Shown here in pieces: positions 51,276 to 60,827 of a stretch of DNA of 64,000 bases. A program made the position numbers and the translations under genes. The first letter of the stretch is position 1, and every line of letters starts with the position of its first letter. This DNA comes from Bacteroidales bacterium (GTDB lineage: Bacteria > Bacteroidota > Bacteroidia > Bacteroidales > WCHB1-69), in assembly GCA_024400635.1 (NCBI GenBank), contig JAKSMI010000001.1:113468-177467 (forward strand). Direction: 5' to 3'. Under the pieces are notes generated by a model. The model made no database searches, was not told the DNA's origin, and saw only the letters and a list, made by a program, of their open reading frames with translations.

Positions 51276-53165
51276 CTATTTTTTTATAACTTTCTGATAG
51301 CCAACACTACCATCAGAATATTCAATTCTAAATGTATATAGTCCTGAATTCCAAGCTGATGTATTTATTTGTTGTTTTTGTGATGCAATAGATTCTCTAT
51401 GAATCAACTTTCCACTAACATCAAAAACGGCAAGTTCTTGAATTTCTTTTTGTTCGCAATGAAGCGTACACTGATATTCACATGGATTAGGCCAAATGTT
51501 AGCGGTATTTTGAAACAAATATTCATCAACACTATTGGGTGTCCAGCCATTCATGACAGCAACACCATTAAGGTCAAAGCCGCCGCTTGCAAAATTGGTA
51601 GGATATGGATCATTGATAATATGGCCATTTTTGTCGATAGTTCCATACTGAGTATCTATACTGCCCACTACATCCACAATACGAACATGAGAAATATTGT
51701 TGATGTCCAAATTACTATAACCTTGCAATTCATCCAAATCAAATGGTGTTCCCCAGCCTGCACAATATTTTCCCGCCAAGTTGTATAGATTGCTAGCATC
51801 TACACTTCCTGCATTACCGATTTGTTCATCAATAGCAGTATTTGAAACAGATGGAAAACGGTAGAAATGAACTCCATCGGAGCTGACTTCCACAAAAGCG
51901 AGTTCAAGGAAAACATCATTCAAAGAATTCTCAAAAACGGCAAAATCATAACCAGGGCCATTGGCTATGGGTTGGCTGAAGGTGAGGACAGCAGAACCTC
52001 CATCACCTAAACTAACGGCATCCGTGCTGACAGCGCTGGCTGGGCCCACGCCTGCACTTTCATCTCCAAAAGAGGCAAGAACCGTTCCTTCTGCGATATC
52101 TTGAAAACCACGGGTAATAGAACAGGTTGAAGCCCAGCCAAGAATAGCGTTGTTATCGCTACTAATAGCTTGACAATTAACACTTCCAACAACACCGTCA
52201 AAAGGTGTCAAGTTAGGAGTTGGCAACGAAACAGGTTGAATATCTGTTGTCCATATATAATTATAGTTTTCATCCGATATTCCACAACTTTCATTCCCCC
52301 ACTTAATAAGATCTCTGTCGTGTACATATTGGTCTTGAAAACCATTCATAGCACTATGCCCATTGATGTTATACATCCACCAACCACCAACCAATGAAAG
52401 ATTGTAGTTGTCATCTTGAAATGTAATATCATTCAGCATAGACCCTACGAACGTATAATTAAAACGACTATCATAAATTGCAATAGTGCGCATGACGTCA
52501 GCTACCAAAGCGCTATCTCCATCGAAATGAACACCCCAAGCAAATGCCGTAGCCGGATTGCACCAATTGACCACCAAAATAGCACTGCTAGCGCCATTGC
52601 CCACCCAATAGGTTACATTGTCAATACTAATTACCACATCTTCTTCTTGTGTTGAAGAACCATTGGGATCTACAGGAAAATAAACGTTATCATTAGGAAG
52701 GTCACAGTCTCCCCATTCCGCCATTTCAAACAAATCACCATTATGAAGTTCATCAGTTAATCCACCTGCCCAAACACCATTGATGGTATACGTCAACATT
52801 CCATATCCGACATTATAATTGATGACGCCATTGTTGTAACTGTAATCGTCAATCAGACTGCCACTATAATTAATGTTGAAATTGGGATCAGCATTATTTA
52901 TTTCATCTAACATATCTTGAATAGTGACAGAACCATTAAAACGATAACCATATGCCCAGCCACCAGCAGCTGTAGGACCACAGGCATAAAAACTCACAAT
53001 AATTTCATCATTACCTTGACCTATCCAAAATTGAATACCATTGGGGGAAATGACATTTGTGTTTCTCGTTGAAACAGATTGCCGCATTTGTTGTCTACAT
53101 TCTGCGTTTTGAGCATGAAGACTGAGAGTTGCAAAAACTAGCAATAAACACATTAATTTTTTCAT
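51276..53165 (-). CDS. T9SS-sorted surface protein with two tandem DUF4430-like (transcobalamin-like) N-terminal repeats
   Basis: The track ORF starts at a TTG (53195). An ATG at 53165 gives MKKLMCLLLVFATLSLHAQ. The tandem repeats end ...LTYTINGVWAGG..GDLFEMAEWG and ...WMYNINGHSAMNG..RDLIKWG. The C-terminal Por_Secre_tail-like segment is IWPNP...LAVFDVSGKLI...GLYTFRIEY...QKVIKK. Confidence 0.75.
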   Translation of the reverse strand: MKKLMCLLLVFATLSLHAQNAECRQQMRQSVSTRNTNVISPNGIQFWIGQGNDEIIVSFYACGPTAAGGWAYGYRFNGSVTIQDMLDEINNADPNFNINYSGSLIDDYSYNNGVINYNVGYGMLTYTINGVWAGGLTDELHNGDLFEMAEWGDCDLPNDNVYFPVDPNGSSTQEEDVVISIDNVTYWVGNGASSAILVVNWCNPATAFAWGVHFDGDSALVADVMRTIAIYDSRFNYTFVGSMLNDITFQDDNYNLSLVGGWWMYNINGHSAMNGFQDQYVHDRDLIKWGNESCGISDENYNYIWTTDIQPVSLPTPNLTPFDGVVGSVNCQAISSDNNAILGWASTCSITRGFQDIAEGTVLASFGDESAGVGPASAVSTDAVSLGDGGSAVLTFSQPIANGPGYDFAVFENSLNDVFLELAFVEVSSDGVHFYRFPSVSNTAIDEQIGNAGSVDASNLYNLAGKYCAGWGTPFDLDELQGYSNLDINNISHVRIVDVVGSIDTQYGTIDKNGHIINDPYPTNFASGGFDLNGVAVMNGWTPNSVDEYLFQNTANIWPNPCEYQCTLHCEQKEIQELAVFDVSGKLIHRESIASQKQQINTSAWNSGLYTFRIEYSDGSVGYQKVIKK

Positions 53166-53284
53166 CGTTTTGAAATTTAATAAGTTAAACAACAATTCGT
53201 GTCATTGCTTAGGGAAAGAAACATGTAGAATCTGAAAGATCATCTTCCGTGTTAGCCTATATCCCGAAGCTGTTCACTAAAAAT

Positions 53285-53440
53285 AATTTTTGGCAGGTTT
53301 TCTGACTTATCCCATCCGCGAGCGCCTTCCCACCTTGCGGCAGTGACGTATGCTCGTGGCATCAAAAGGACTTACAGCAGCGGGTACTGTGCAGGAATTA
53401 CACCTGCTTCCCTCTCGGGGCTCACACCCCTCACCAAAAG
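53285..53440 (-). promoter_or_regulatory. cobalamin (B12) riboswitch
   Basis: The minus strand reads GGUGAGGGGUGUGAGCCCCGAGAGGGAAGCAGGUGUAAUUCCUGCACAGUACCCGCUGCUGUAAG ... CACUGCCGCAAGGUGGGAAGGCG ... B12 box AAGUCAGAAAACCUGCC (forward 53292-53307). A -7 box TAttTTTG lies at 53447-53454. Confidence 0.9.
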
Positions 53441-53776
53441 TCAATGCAAAAATAAGAAAAAATTTAATGCGACGAAATATTTTTTTGATTGAAGATTGCA
53501 GATTCAACTATCAAGAGCAAAAATAACACAAACGGAGATAAAAACACGAACGGGTGTTGAAAAAATCTTGAGTCTCAGAAACTGCGCCTACAGGATAATA
53601 AAACAGGCGGCTTGAAGGCCGACTGGGGAAATAAATATTATTTAATTTCTTTCTCATATCGAAATTGGCATACAAAGCTGTACTCTTTTGGGGCACACCC
53701 TTGTGCTATTTTTGCACAGGATAATTCAGATAGTATTGTTTAATGTTGTATTTTTGGAAAATAAATAACGATTGAG

Positions 53777-54274
53777 ATGAATGATTTTGCGGCTATTGAT
53801 TTTGAGACTGCCAATTTTGCGCCGAGCAGCGTGTGCAGTGTAGGCGTGGTGGTAGTGCGTGACGGTGCGGTGGTGGATAGTTTTTATAGTCTAATCAAGC
53901 CGGCTCCCAATTTCTACAACTACTATTGTCAGCGGGTGCATGGCTTGTCGAATGAAGACACGGACACGGCTCCGATTTTTCCGAAAGTATGGGCTCAGTT
54001 GGCCCCCAAGATAAAGGGTTTGCCGTTGGTGGCGCATAACAGCCAATTTGACGAGGGCTGTCTGAAGGCGGCCTTTCTGCTATATCAGATGGATTACCCC
54101 GGTTATCAGTTCCGTTGCACTTATCGAGCGGCCAAAAAGCATTTTGGCAAGACGTTGGAGAACCTGCAGTTGCATACGGTCTCGGCGGCTTGTGGCTACC
54201 ACCTGGAGCATCATCACCACGCTTTGGCGGATGCGGAGGCGTGTGCTGCCATCGCATTGCGGATTTTGGGATAG
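53777..54274 (+). CDS. DEDDh 3'-5' exonuclease (DnaQ/epsilon-like)
   Basis: 165 aa, GC-rich. ExoI AIDFETAN, ExoII VAHNSQFDEGCL, ExoIII HHALADAEAC. Confidence 0.85.
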   Translation: MNDFAAIDFETANFAPSSVCSVGVVVVRDGAVVDSFYSLIKPAPNFYNYYCQRVHGLSNEDTDTAPIFPKVWAQLAPKIKGLPLVAHNSQFDEGCLKAAFLLYQMDYPGYQFRCTYRAAKKHFGKTLENLQLHTVSAACGYHLEHHHHALADAEACAAIALRILG

Positions 54275-54372
54275 GAAGTCGGAATTGAATCTGAAGATAC
54301 CGCGACATTTTTAGAATTGTGGTTTTTTGTTGCCGCACTACAAATCAAGTATTAATCTTATAAGAATATCTC

Positions 54373-54897
54373 ATGACATTTGAAGAAAAAATACACAAGG
54401 ATTTATATCAGCATCTGCTGTCTCTAAAGGAAATTGACGCGCATTTCCCGGATGCCATCGACATTGAAGAGAAGTGGACTGCCATTGGTCAGTCGTATAT
54501 GGCGGATGGTATTCGCGAATTTAGGGATTATCCCTCGGTAAGTCTCGGATGGATGATGTATGTGGGTATGGCGGTGGCACAGTACTGGGATGAGGACTGG
54601 GAGGTATATGGTCATTTGGAAGATTTGTACCTTTATTTGCGCGACAAAGAAGGGTTCGATACCATGGATGAATACATTCGGCGGGAGGTGCTGCGACTGT
54701 ATGCGCCCGAGTACGACGCGACCGAAGTGCTGGTGCAGGGCTGTGCCGAAAGGACGCTTTCCGCCTTGCGGCGCGAAAATATCGAACCGGCCACGAAAGA
54801 GGCTTTTGATTCCTATGTGGCCTGTCTCCACCAATTGTACCTAATGGGTGCGGCGGTACAGCTTCACCGAATGGGGTATCACATGCAGGCATTATAA
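54373..54897 (+). CDS. hypothetical protein
   Basis: 174-aa GC-rich ORF. No motif recognised. Confidence 0.5.
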   Translation: MTFEEKIHKDLYQHLLSLKEIDAHFPDAIDIEEKWTAIGQSYMADGIREFRDYPSVSLGWMMYVGMAVAQYWDEDWEVYGHLEDLYLYLRDKEGFDTMDEYIRREVLRLYAPEYDATEVLVQGCAERTLSALRRENIEPATKEAFDSYVACLHQLYLMGAAVQLHRMGYHMQAL

Positions 54898-54914
54898 TGA
54901 GCATTAAAGCAGTT

Positions 54915-54961
54915 GAGTTTTACCCAAGTCGGTAAAAAAAACGTCAATCTGGGTAAAACTC
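54915..54961. repeat. 12-bp perfect inverted repeat gagttttaccca (23 nt) tgggtaaaactc at the GC-rich/AT-rich junction
   Basis: Read directly between the convergent genes 54373..54897 and 55108..56163. Confidence 0.6.
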
Positions 54962-55107
54962 GAGAAAATGTTGCACTTGGACAGCATATCGACAAAATGT
55001 TATAAAACGACTTTCGGTTTTGCTCCAAGCGTTTACAATGAAACCGTGCCGGTGAAGTTGGGGATGGACTGCCTGTTTGGATAGCTATAATCAGCGAAAG
55101 CGGATTT

Positions 55108-56163
55108 CTATTCTATGATGCTTTCACTGTCATCATTGTGCTTGAATTTGTTCTTTAGGACCAATTCTTTAGAGGTATTGGCATAGCAATACACACACAA
55201 GTGTCGGCAAGTGTTATACATCCCAATATCCTTGCTAATCATGCAACCACACACCTTGCGTTGTCCTTTGTCTTTAAGTTTTTGTTCAGACAATGGTGGT
55301 TGTGAGAAATCCAATCCAAAGAGCGAATCCGTCTCTGGCATTTTCCCGTAATAAAGGTAATACAATAATTCTTGGTCATCGGACCATAACCGTTTCATCA
55401 ATTCTGAATCAATACAACGATTATGTTCAATATGGTATTTTTCAAGGTCAATTTGTTCACCGCATGTGGCTAGTGAAAGGTTCCAACCTTCTGAAGCCCA
55501 TCTTTCACGACACTTTACGAGACCATCAGCAATTTCGTTCATTTGTTCAACATTGAATTCCCAATTGCCAACCGTTTCCTTGTCGAAAAAAGGCGTTTCT
55601 TTCACCAAATTATTCTGAACCTTTCGATAACCGTTGATGTCGATAAAACTAAAAACCAATTTGTCGGTAAAGCCTTTTAGTTGATTTCCGACATTCCAAA
55701 TTTTGACCAGCAAGTCGCGAGGCGATAACTGCGGCGTAACAACCAACGGATCGAAACGCCAAATGACTCTTTCTTTGCCGATTTTAGAAGACAAATCTTT
55801 GAATGTCGCGATACGTTGTTGGATTTTCGGCACATTGGGTTCGAAGCCCTCCTTTTCATAATCATTCAATGTGAATTGAAAGTAGTAATGAATGCCTCTT
55901 TCATCCAATTCGTGCAAAAGCGGGATGATGGGAGCCGGATTTTTGGTCCAAAAAACCACCACTTTGCAATTCTTGAACGACACGTAAGTTTTCTGCCGAT
56001 TGAACGGATTATACCAAACGCAGTAACCTGCCTTTAACCTTTTGATGAACCAATCGGCATAAAAAGCCGGAATATCTGTGCTTCGCGAAGCCGAAATGAT
56101 AACGGGGGCAAGGGCTTCAACAGTTTCACCGGATTTAGTTATAATTTTTATTTTTTCATTCAT
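55108..56163 (-). CDS. DUF1848-family protein (C-terminal Cys cluster, putative Fe-S)
   Basis: 351 aa: ISASRSTDIPAFYADWFIKRLKAGY...VVFWTKNP...WRFDPL and CGCMISKDIGMYNTCRHLCVYCYAN. Confidence 0.75.
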   Translation of the reverse strand: MNEKIKIITKSGETVEALAPVIISASRSTDIPAFYADWFIKRLKAGYCVWYNPFNRQKTYVSFKNCKVVVFWTKNPAPIIPLLHELDERGIHYYFQFTLNDYEKEGFEPNVPKIQQRIATFKDLSSKIGKERVIWRFDPLVVTPQLSPRDLLVKIWNVGNQLKGFTDKLVFSFIDINGYRKVQNNLVKETPFFDKETVGNWEFNVEQMNEIADGLVKCRERWASEGWNLSLATCGEQIDLEKYHIEHNRCIDSELMKRLWSDDQELLYYLYYGKMPETDSLFGLDFSQPPLSEQKLKDKGQRKVCGCMISKDIGMYNTCRHLCVYCYANTSKELVLKNKFKHNDDSESIIE

Positions 56164-56164
56164 T

Positions 56165-56491
56165 TTAAAAACTCATACTTTGTGACGCGACATCTTTAAC
56201 GTAAAAAGCCGTGATTTTGTATTTGCCGAAATTTAAAAAAATGATGCCGTCACATTCGGCTGGTAAATCATCGGGGATTACAATCGGAGCGACATTATCA
56301 ACATCTATCACAATCGGCCTACGAATATTGAGAAAATACACGGTATCGTTTTCCGAAAGCGGAGTACTACAGAACAATCCGCTGTTGGGACGATAGTATG
56401 TCGGCATTGGTTCGCCATTCTCGGTCATCACGTATGAAAGACCTTTGTCGGGAAGAACTTTGTATTTTTTCTTATTTTTATTCCAAAACAT
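56165..56491 (-). CDS. hypothetical protein (108 aa)
   Basis: ORF with ATG start, 1 nt from the DUF1848 start. No motif recognised. Confidence 0.5.
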   Translation of the reverse strand: MFWNKNKKKYKVLPDKGLSYVMTENGEPMPTYYRPNSGLFCSTPLSENDTVYFLNIRRPIVIDVDNVAPIVIPDDLPAECDGIIFLNFGKYKITAFYVKDVASQSMSF

Positions 56492-56502
56492 AATGATTAG
56501 TT

Positions 56503-56850
56503 TTAAAAGAAAGCCGGAGCTGTCATATTTATCATCTTCACTTTATTATTTTCGTCAAAATCCACAACAAAGCCACATCCGCCTACAGGATTGTCACGAG
56601 AAGCGAGTAGTGCATTTTTATGCATTCTTCCAGGAACTATTTCAAAGTCAAACACAGCGTGATGGGCTTTCATTGTTGCTAATTTTCCCTTCAAATAATC
56701 TATATATTCTGATTTGGATGTCAATTCTTGAAACACCCACATTGAGGCATAATGCACATCATCTGCCAAAAAAGGTTCAATAATTGAAGCATCGTAGTCT
56801 GTATATGCTTCGGCTAATTTGGTTAAAACCTTTAATTCTTGATTTTCCAT
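56503..56850 (-). CDS. small NTF2/SnoaL-like fold protein (tentative)
   Basis: 115 aa. The pattern LAEAYTDYDASIIEPFLADDVHYAS...EYIDYLKGKL resembles NTF2-like domains. Confidence 0.45.
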   Translation of the reverse strand: MENQELKVLTKLAEAYTDYDASIIEPFLADDVHYASMWVFQELTSKSEYIDYLKGKLATMKAHHAVFDFEIVPGRMHKNALLASRDNPVGGCGFVVDFDENNKVKMINMTAPAFF

Positions 56851-56856
56851 TCTTTA

Positions 56857-58977
56857 TTATTTTACGTGATATAATTCTTTTAGCTTTTTACAGACATCTG
56901 TCAATAGCGGTTCTTCAATCTTATTTTTGTTGTTGTAATAAAAATGTTTTATAACGGACTCATTGTCTATTTCCTTGCATTCCGTAAAAGTACCGTCTTT
57001 TAAGAAATACCCTCCTTTTTGATGTACTTCTTGAATCCACTCGATTTCTTTTTTCACCTTTTCTTTTCTGGAATCTGGTACAACAATAGGCTCAATGTGA
57101 ATCCACACATTATTATCATTGTAAAAATATTCTCCAATAGGATATTCTTGCTTCGGGTCAAAAAGGGTTCCTTGTTGTTGTGATTGGGCAGATCTTTTTC
57201 TTGGTTTTGTGGCTTCTAATGATTTTATACAGTCTTTCCATTTACCCCATCCTTTCTTACCTTTCGCCATAGGATCGGATTGTAATTTTTTCAGCTTAGA
57301 GATAAGCACCTCTGTGTTTTGTCCAAATTTTGGCCACAAATCTAACGTCTTTTCTCTATACCAGTCTTGTGCTTCTGACTTCATTTTTTTGAAAGCATCT
57401 GAATTAAAAACGGGTTGGAGACATTCTGGAATTTCTTTCGTTTGTTTATCTGAATTATTTACGGAGGATGTTTCAATTTCTGGATGTTTCTCAACAAACT
57501 GAATGTTTTCTTTTTTTAATTCGGGTAATGAAATGTGATGTAATTGTCCATAAAATTCTTTATATACATTCCAAACATATCCTTTATCAGAATAATCATA
57601 CAATATGTCTGTAAAATCCCGAGTTAAGTTGGCATAACCATTTAATATTCCGTAGAAAGCAAATGCCATTTTATAATTTGTTAGTTCTTTACTTTGCATG
57701 AAAGAAAGTAAATTTTCCCAGTTTTCACCTTTCAAAATAACTGCAGAGATTGATGATAATAGTCCGTCTTGCCATTTTTGGTTGAATGCATCTCCTGCAA
57801 TATGATGACGCAACTCATTCAAATATTTGCGTACAGGATGCTTTTCCCAATCTTCTTCTCCTATTATTTCTTTCGCTTTTAATGTAATTTGTTTTGCAAA
57901 TTCATCTCGAAAAGTGTTAATCTTACCATCTACTTCTTTTCTGGAAAAATTATCATTCACCCATGCGAATAATAATTTTTTTCCCAATTCATCATTTGTG
58001 AAGCAGCATTTTTCTAAACGATTATCAACAATGACGATTTCTTCGCTAAAAACATCAAGAGGATTAGCAGAAACTTTCATCTTACTTTGCTGTTTTTCTA
58101 TCTCGTTTTTTATCCAAGAAATAGCAGGATTTTCTGTTTCTTCTTTTATTTCAGAATATAATAATGATAAATAATAATCTTTATTAGAATTTTGTGGCGT
58201 ATTGTATTTCTTATCCCAATTAACGATAGTATTAAATAATTGTTCATTATTTAGCAATAATGCTAATTCCTGGTATTTTGGCTGTCGTAAATCAAATAGA
58301 TTCTCCAGTTGTTCATTTTGTTGTATAGTTGGTGTTCTATTGAAACTTGAAAGGATGGCGGCGAAAATATTATGGATTTCTTTGAGCGTATTCAATTGTT
58401 TGACATCTTTTTTGTTTGCAGACAATAAAGCGCCAATATAGTATCCATATAACAACCCTTTCATTTTATTAGTATGCCAATCTTTGTCGAGTTCGGTCAC
58501 ATTTAATAGACAAGGTTCTTTATTCGTTTCCAATGACGAATAAACATCATTAGGTCTGTTGATTGAGAGTATCTGACGATTATAGAGTTTGATAACTTTT
58601 GATTCCAAACTACTATCTGACATAGACAAAGTTGTTATTTTATCTTTTTCTTTGAAAAACAAAAAACTTGTAGTGGTTGGAGATAAATAAATCGTATGGT
58701 CACAATAAAAAGATCCGTTGTTCAGTGCTTTCACTTCCTGCTCTTCCACACTAATTTTAATCAATAGAGCATGGTCTTCCAAATCACTCTGAGGCCGTTC
58801 GAAATATCGCATAGAGTCATATAAGATAATGGCATTTTCAAATGGATTTTCTGGTATAGAGGTCCAACGAGAGTAACCAAAACTACGTTTGGAATAAAAT
58901 GCTTTGGGCGAAATACTATCGCTTGACATTATATTATTGAAATTCAATGTTGATGTGGGTATGTAGAATGTTTTCAT
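56857..58977 (-). CDS. large hypothetical protein (706 aa), no recognisable domain
   Basis: Uninterrupted AT-rich ORF, 1 nt downstream of the helicase stop. No Walker, HEPN, PLD or nuclease motif found by eye. Confidence 0.6.
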   Translation of the reverse strand: MKTFYIPTSTLNFNNIMSSDSISPKAFYSKRSFGYSRWTSIPENPFENAIILYDSMRYFERPQSDLEDHALLIKISVEEQEVKALNNGSFYCDHTIYLSPTTTSFLFFKEKDKITTLSMSDSSLESKVIKLYNRQILSINRPNDVYSSLETNKEPCLLNVTELDKDWHTNKMKGLLYGYYIGALLSANKKDVKQLNTLKEIHNIFAAILSSFNRTPTIQQNEQLENLFDLRQPKYQELALLLNNEQLFNTIVNWDKKYNTPQNSNKDYYLSLLYSEIKEETENPAISWIKNEIEKQQSKMKVSANPLDVFSEEIVIVDNRLEKCCFTNDELGKKLLFAWVNDNFSRKEVDGKINTFRDEFAKQITLKAKEIIGEEDWEKHPVRKYLNELRHHIAGDAFNQKWQDGLLSSISAVILKGENWENLLSFMQSKELTNYKMAFAFYGILNGYANLTRDFTDILYDYSDKGYVWNVYKEFYGQLHHISLPELKKENIQFVEKHPEIETSSVNNSDKQTKEIPECLQPVFNSDAFKKMKSEAQDWYREKTLDLWPKFGQNTEVLISKLKKLQSDPMAKGKKGWGKWKDCIKSLEATKPRKRSAQSQQQGTLFDPKQEYPIGEYFYNDNNVWIHIEPIVVPDSRKEKVKKEIEWIQEVHQKGGYFLKDGTFTECKEIDNESVIKHFYYNNKNKIEEPLLTDVCKKLKELYHVK

Positions 58978-58978
58978 A

Positions 58979-60028
58979 TTATATATCCTCCACTTCGGTT
59001 TTTTCTGTTGTTAAATACAAATCTCGAGGTACGTTTGATAAAGGGAATGGCAAATTACCACTATACATTACAAACAAATTTCTATATGTTCTTGTCATAG
59101 CGACATATAATGCCTTTCTATCAGAATCACTTTCACATGATTCGACAGCAGGGAGAAATACGGTGCCAAATTGAAGGCCTTTAGCACTATGATATGTCAT
59201 TACCTTGGGATTTTCTGTCGTGAAATCAAGATTATTAATGCTATTTCGCCAATTATCCTTGTCTTCATATTTCAATTCATGGTTATTGCGATTTGTATTT
59301 AATATGTCTGATACTTTTTTGACATCCTCATTATGAGGCAATAAAATTCCAACATCAGAAACATTTCCATTACTAATCATTCTAGTAATTGCTTTGATTT
59401 GTGAAGATAAAGAATCATATTGAATAAAGTGGGGTGTTGCTGTTTCTTTTGATTTATAGGTATCAATATCAAATCCATCTAAGTCAACACCTACATATTG
59501 AACTATTTTTGCAACAGGTCTTGGCAAACGATAATTTCTATATAAAGAAAAAGGTTTTGCATTAGCATGAAAAGTGTAATTGATATTTTCTACAGGCAAT
59601 GTGTCTTTTAATCCTTCATAAATTGATTGTGCCGTATCACCAAAGAAAAAGAAGTTTTTGTTCGTGGAATTAATAAAATCTGTTATTTCATCTTCAGTAA
59701 AATCCTGTATTTCATCAACTATAACATAATCGGCAGATGGACATCCAAGGCGATTTTTCCAATGCCAGTGATAGTAAAAATCTTTATTTAATCCTAAACT
59801 TTTTCTTCCAGCATTCATATAGTTACACAAAGCTTTGGTAAAGACAATAATTTGGTAATTATTACCCTTTTCTTTTTGGATTCGTTGTGCTTTTATTAAG
59901 GCCAAAACGGATTTGCCGCTTCCTGCACATCCAGATACAATAATTGATTTATCATTTGTCGCATTTAGTACTTTAATTTGGTCATCGTCCAATTCGGATT
60001 CAATTACCATCCAATCTTTTTTCGCCAT
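58979..60028 (-). CDS. minimal UvrD-like superfamily-1 helicase/ATPase
   Basis: 349 aa. Walker A GCAGSGKS, Walker B VIVDEIQD, motif III GDTAQSIY, motif V YHSAKGLQF, motif VI LYVAMTRT. Confidence 0.8.
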   Translation of the reverse strand: MAKKDWMVIESELDDDQIKVLNATNDKSIIVSGCAGSGKSVLALIKAQRIQKEKGNNYQIIVFTKALCNYMNAGRKSLGLNKDFYYHWHWKNRLGCPSADYVIVDEIQDFTEDEITDFINSTNKNFFFFGDTAQSIYEGLKDTLPVENINYTFHANAKPFSLYRNYRLPRPVAKIVQYVGVDLDGFDIDTYKSKETATPHFIQYDSLSSQIKAITRMISNGNVSDVGILLPHNEDVKKVSDILNTNRNNHELKYEDKDNWRNSINNLDFTTENPKVMTYHSAKGLQFGTVFLPAVESCESDSDRKALYVAMTRTYRNLFVMYSGNLPFPLSNVPRDLYLTTEKTEVEDI

Positions 60029-60032
60029 AACT

Positions 60033-60827
60033 TTATCGTTTTATCATCCTCCAAGCCACCTTGCTTTTGTCATTTGACTTATGAGAATGGGTTATTAAAT
60101 ACATTTGATTATACCCTTCATTTCTTTCTATTTCTTTGCAGGTTGTCTTATTCAAGCCTCTATCCATCATTACCGGTAACCATTCATCAGAAATGCAGTT
60201 TTTAGTTGTGATGTCTTCAATCAAAATAATGCCCTCGCTTTTTAGTTTTGGCAGCATAAAATTCACAATATGTTCGTATGGATTTTTCTGCTCAAATTGT
60301 TGTTCGGTCACAAATTCACAAATGGCCTTGAATGACATAACAATGTCGAAATTTTCATCCATCACAGCATCAAGAATATTTAAGTCGTAAAAATCATCAA
60401 TGTAGATTGCTGCGGGATGATTTTCTATTTGACAATGAAATTGAATGGTTTCTTGCATTATTTTCATTATCTTCTCATATCTCAATAGCGCATTCTGGTT
60501 GCCATCCAAAGCAACAATTTTTACTTTCTTTAGATTATTGAATTTATTATTCAAAACAGTCAGTAATCCAACAATTTCGCCGCCTGTACCGCAGCCAAAA
60601 TCAAAGATTGAAATTTCTTCGCGATTCTGCCATTCGGAAAAATGATTGCCGAAATAATCAGAAAAAATAGAATACGCCTCTGCGTAACTTCTGGGAAAAT
60701 ATGTTCCAAGATACTTCAATGTAGCGTCTCTATCATCGTGGATATTGGTCATATCCGCATAGGACGGACAATATTGTGCCCCTAATTCTTCGAAAATAAG
60801 ATTGTCAAGCCAGGTCGGTAGAGTCAT
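60033..60827 (-). CDS. class-I SAM-dependent methyltransferase (not a classical DNA MTase by motifs)
   Basis: Motif I IFDFGCGTGGE and post-I KIVALDGN. No (D/N/S)PP(Y/F/W) and no PCQ/ENV motif. The track start is a TTG at 60851. The ATG at 60827 (MTLPTWLDN...) is more likely. Confidence 0.75.
   Translation of the reverse strand: MTLPTWLDNLIFEELGAQYCPSYADMTNIHDDRDATLKYLGTYFPRSYAEAYSIFSDYFGNHFSEWQNREEISIFDFGCGTGGEIVGLLTVLNNKFNNLKKVKIVALDGNQNALLRYEKIMKIMQETIQFHCQIENHPAAIYIDDFYDLNILDAVMDENFDIVMSFKAICEFVTEQQFEQKNPYEHIVNFMLPKLKSEGIILIEDITTKNCISDEWLPVMMDRGLNKTTCKEIERNEGYNQMYLITHSHKSNDKSKVAWRMIKR

Noticed and set aside
53307-53696. Two small minus-strand ORFs (53307..53507, 53511..53696)
   Set aside because: The first lies on the cobalamin riboswitch and its promoter. 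The second lies in AT-rich upstream DNA and has no motifs.
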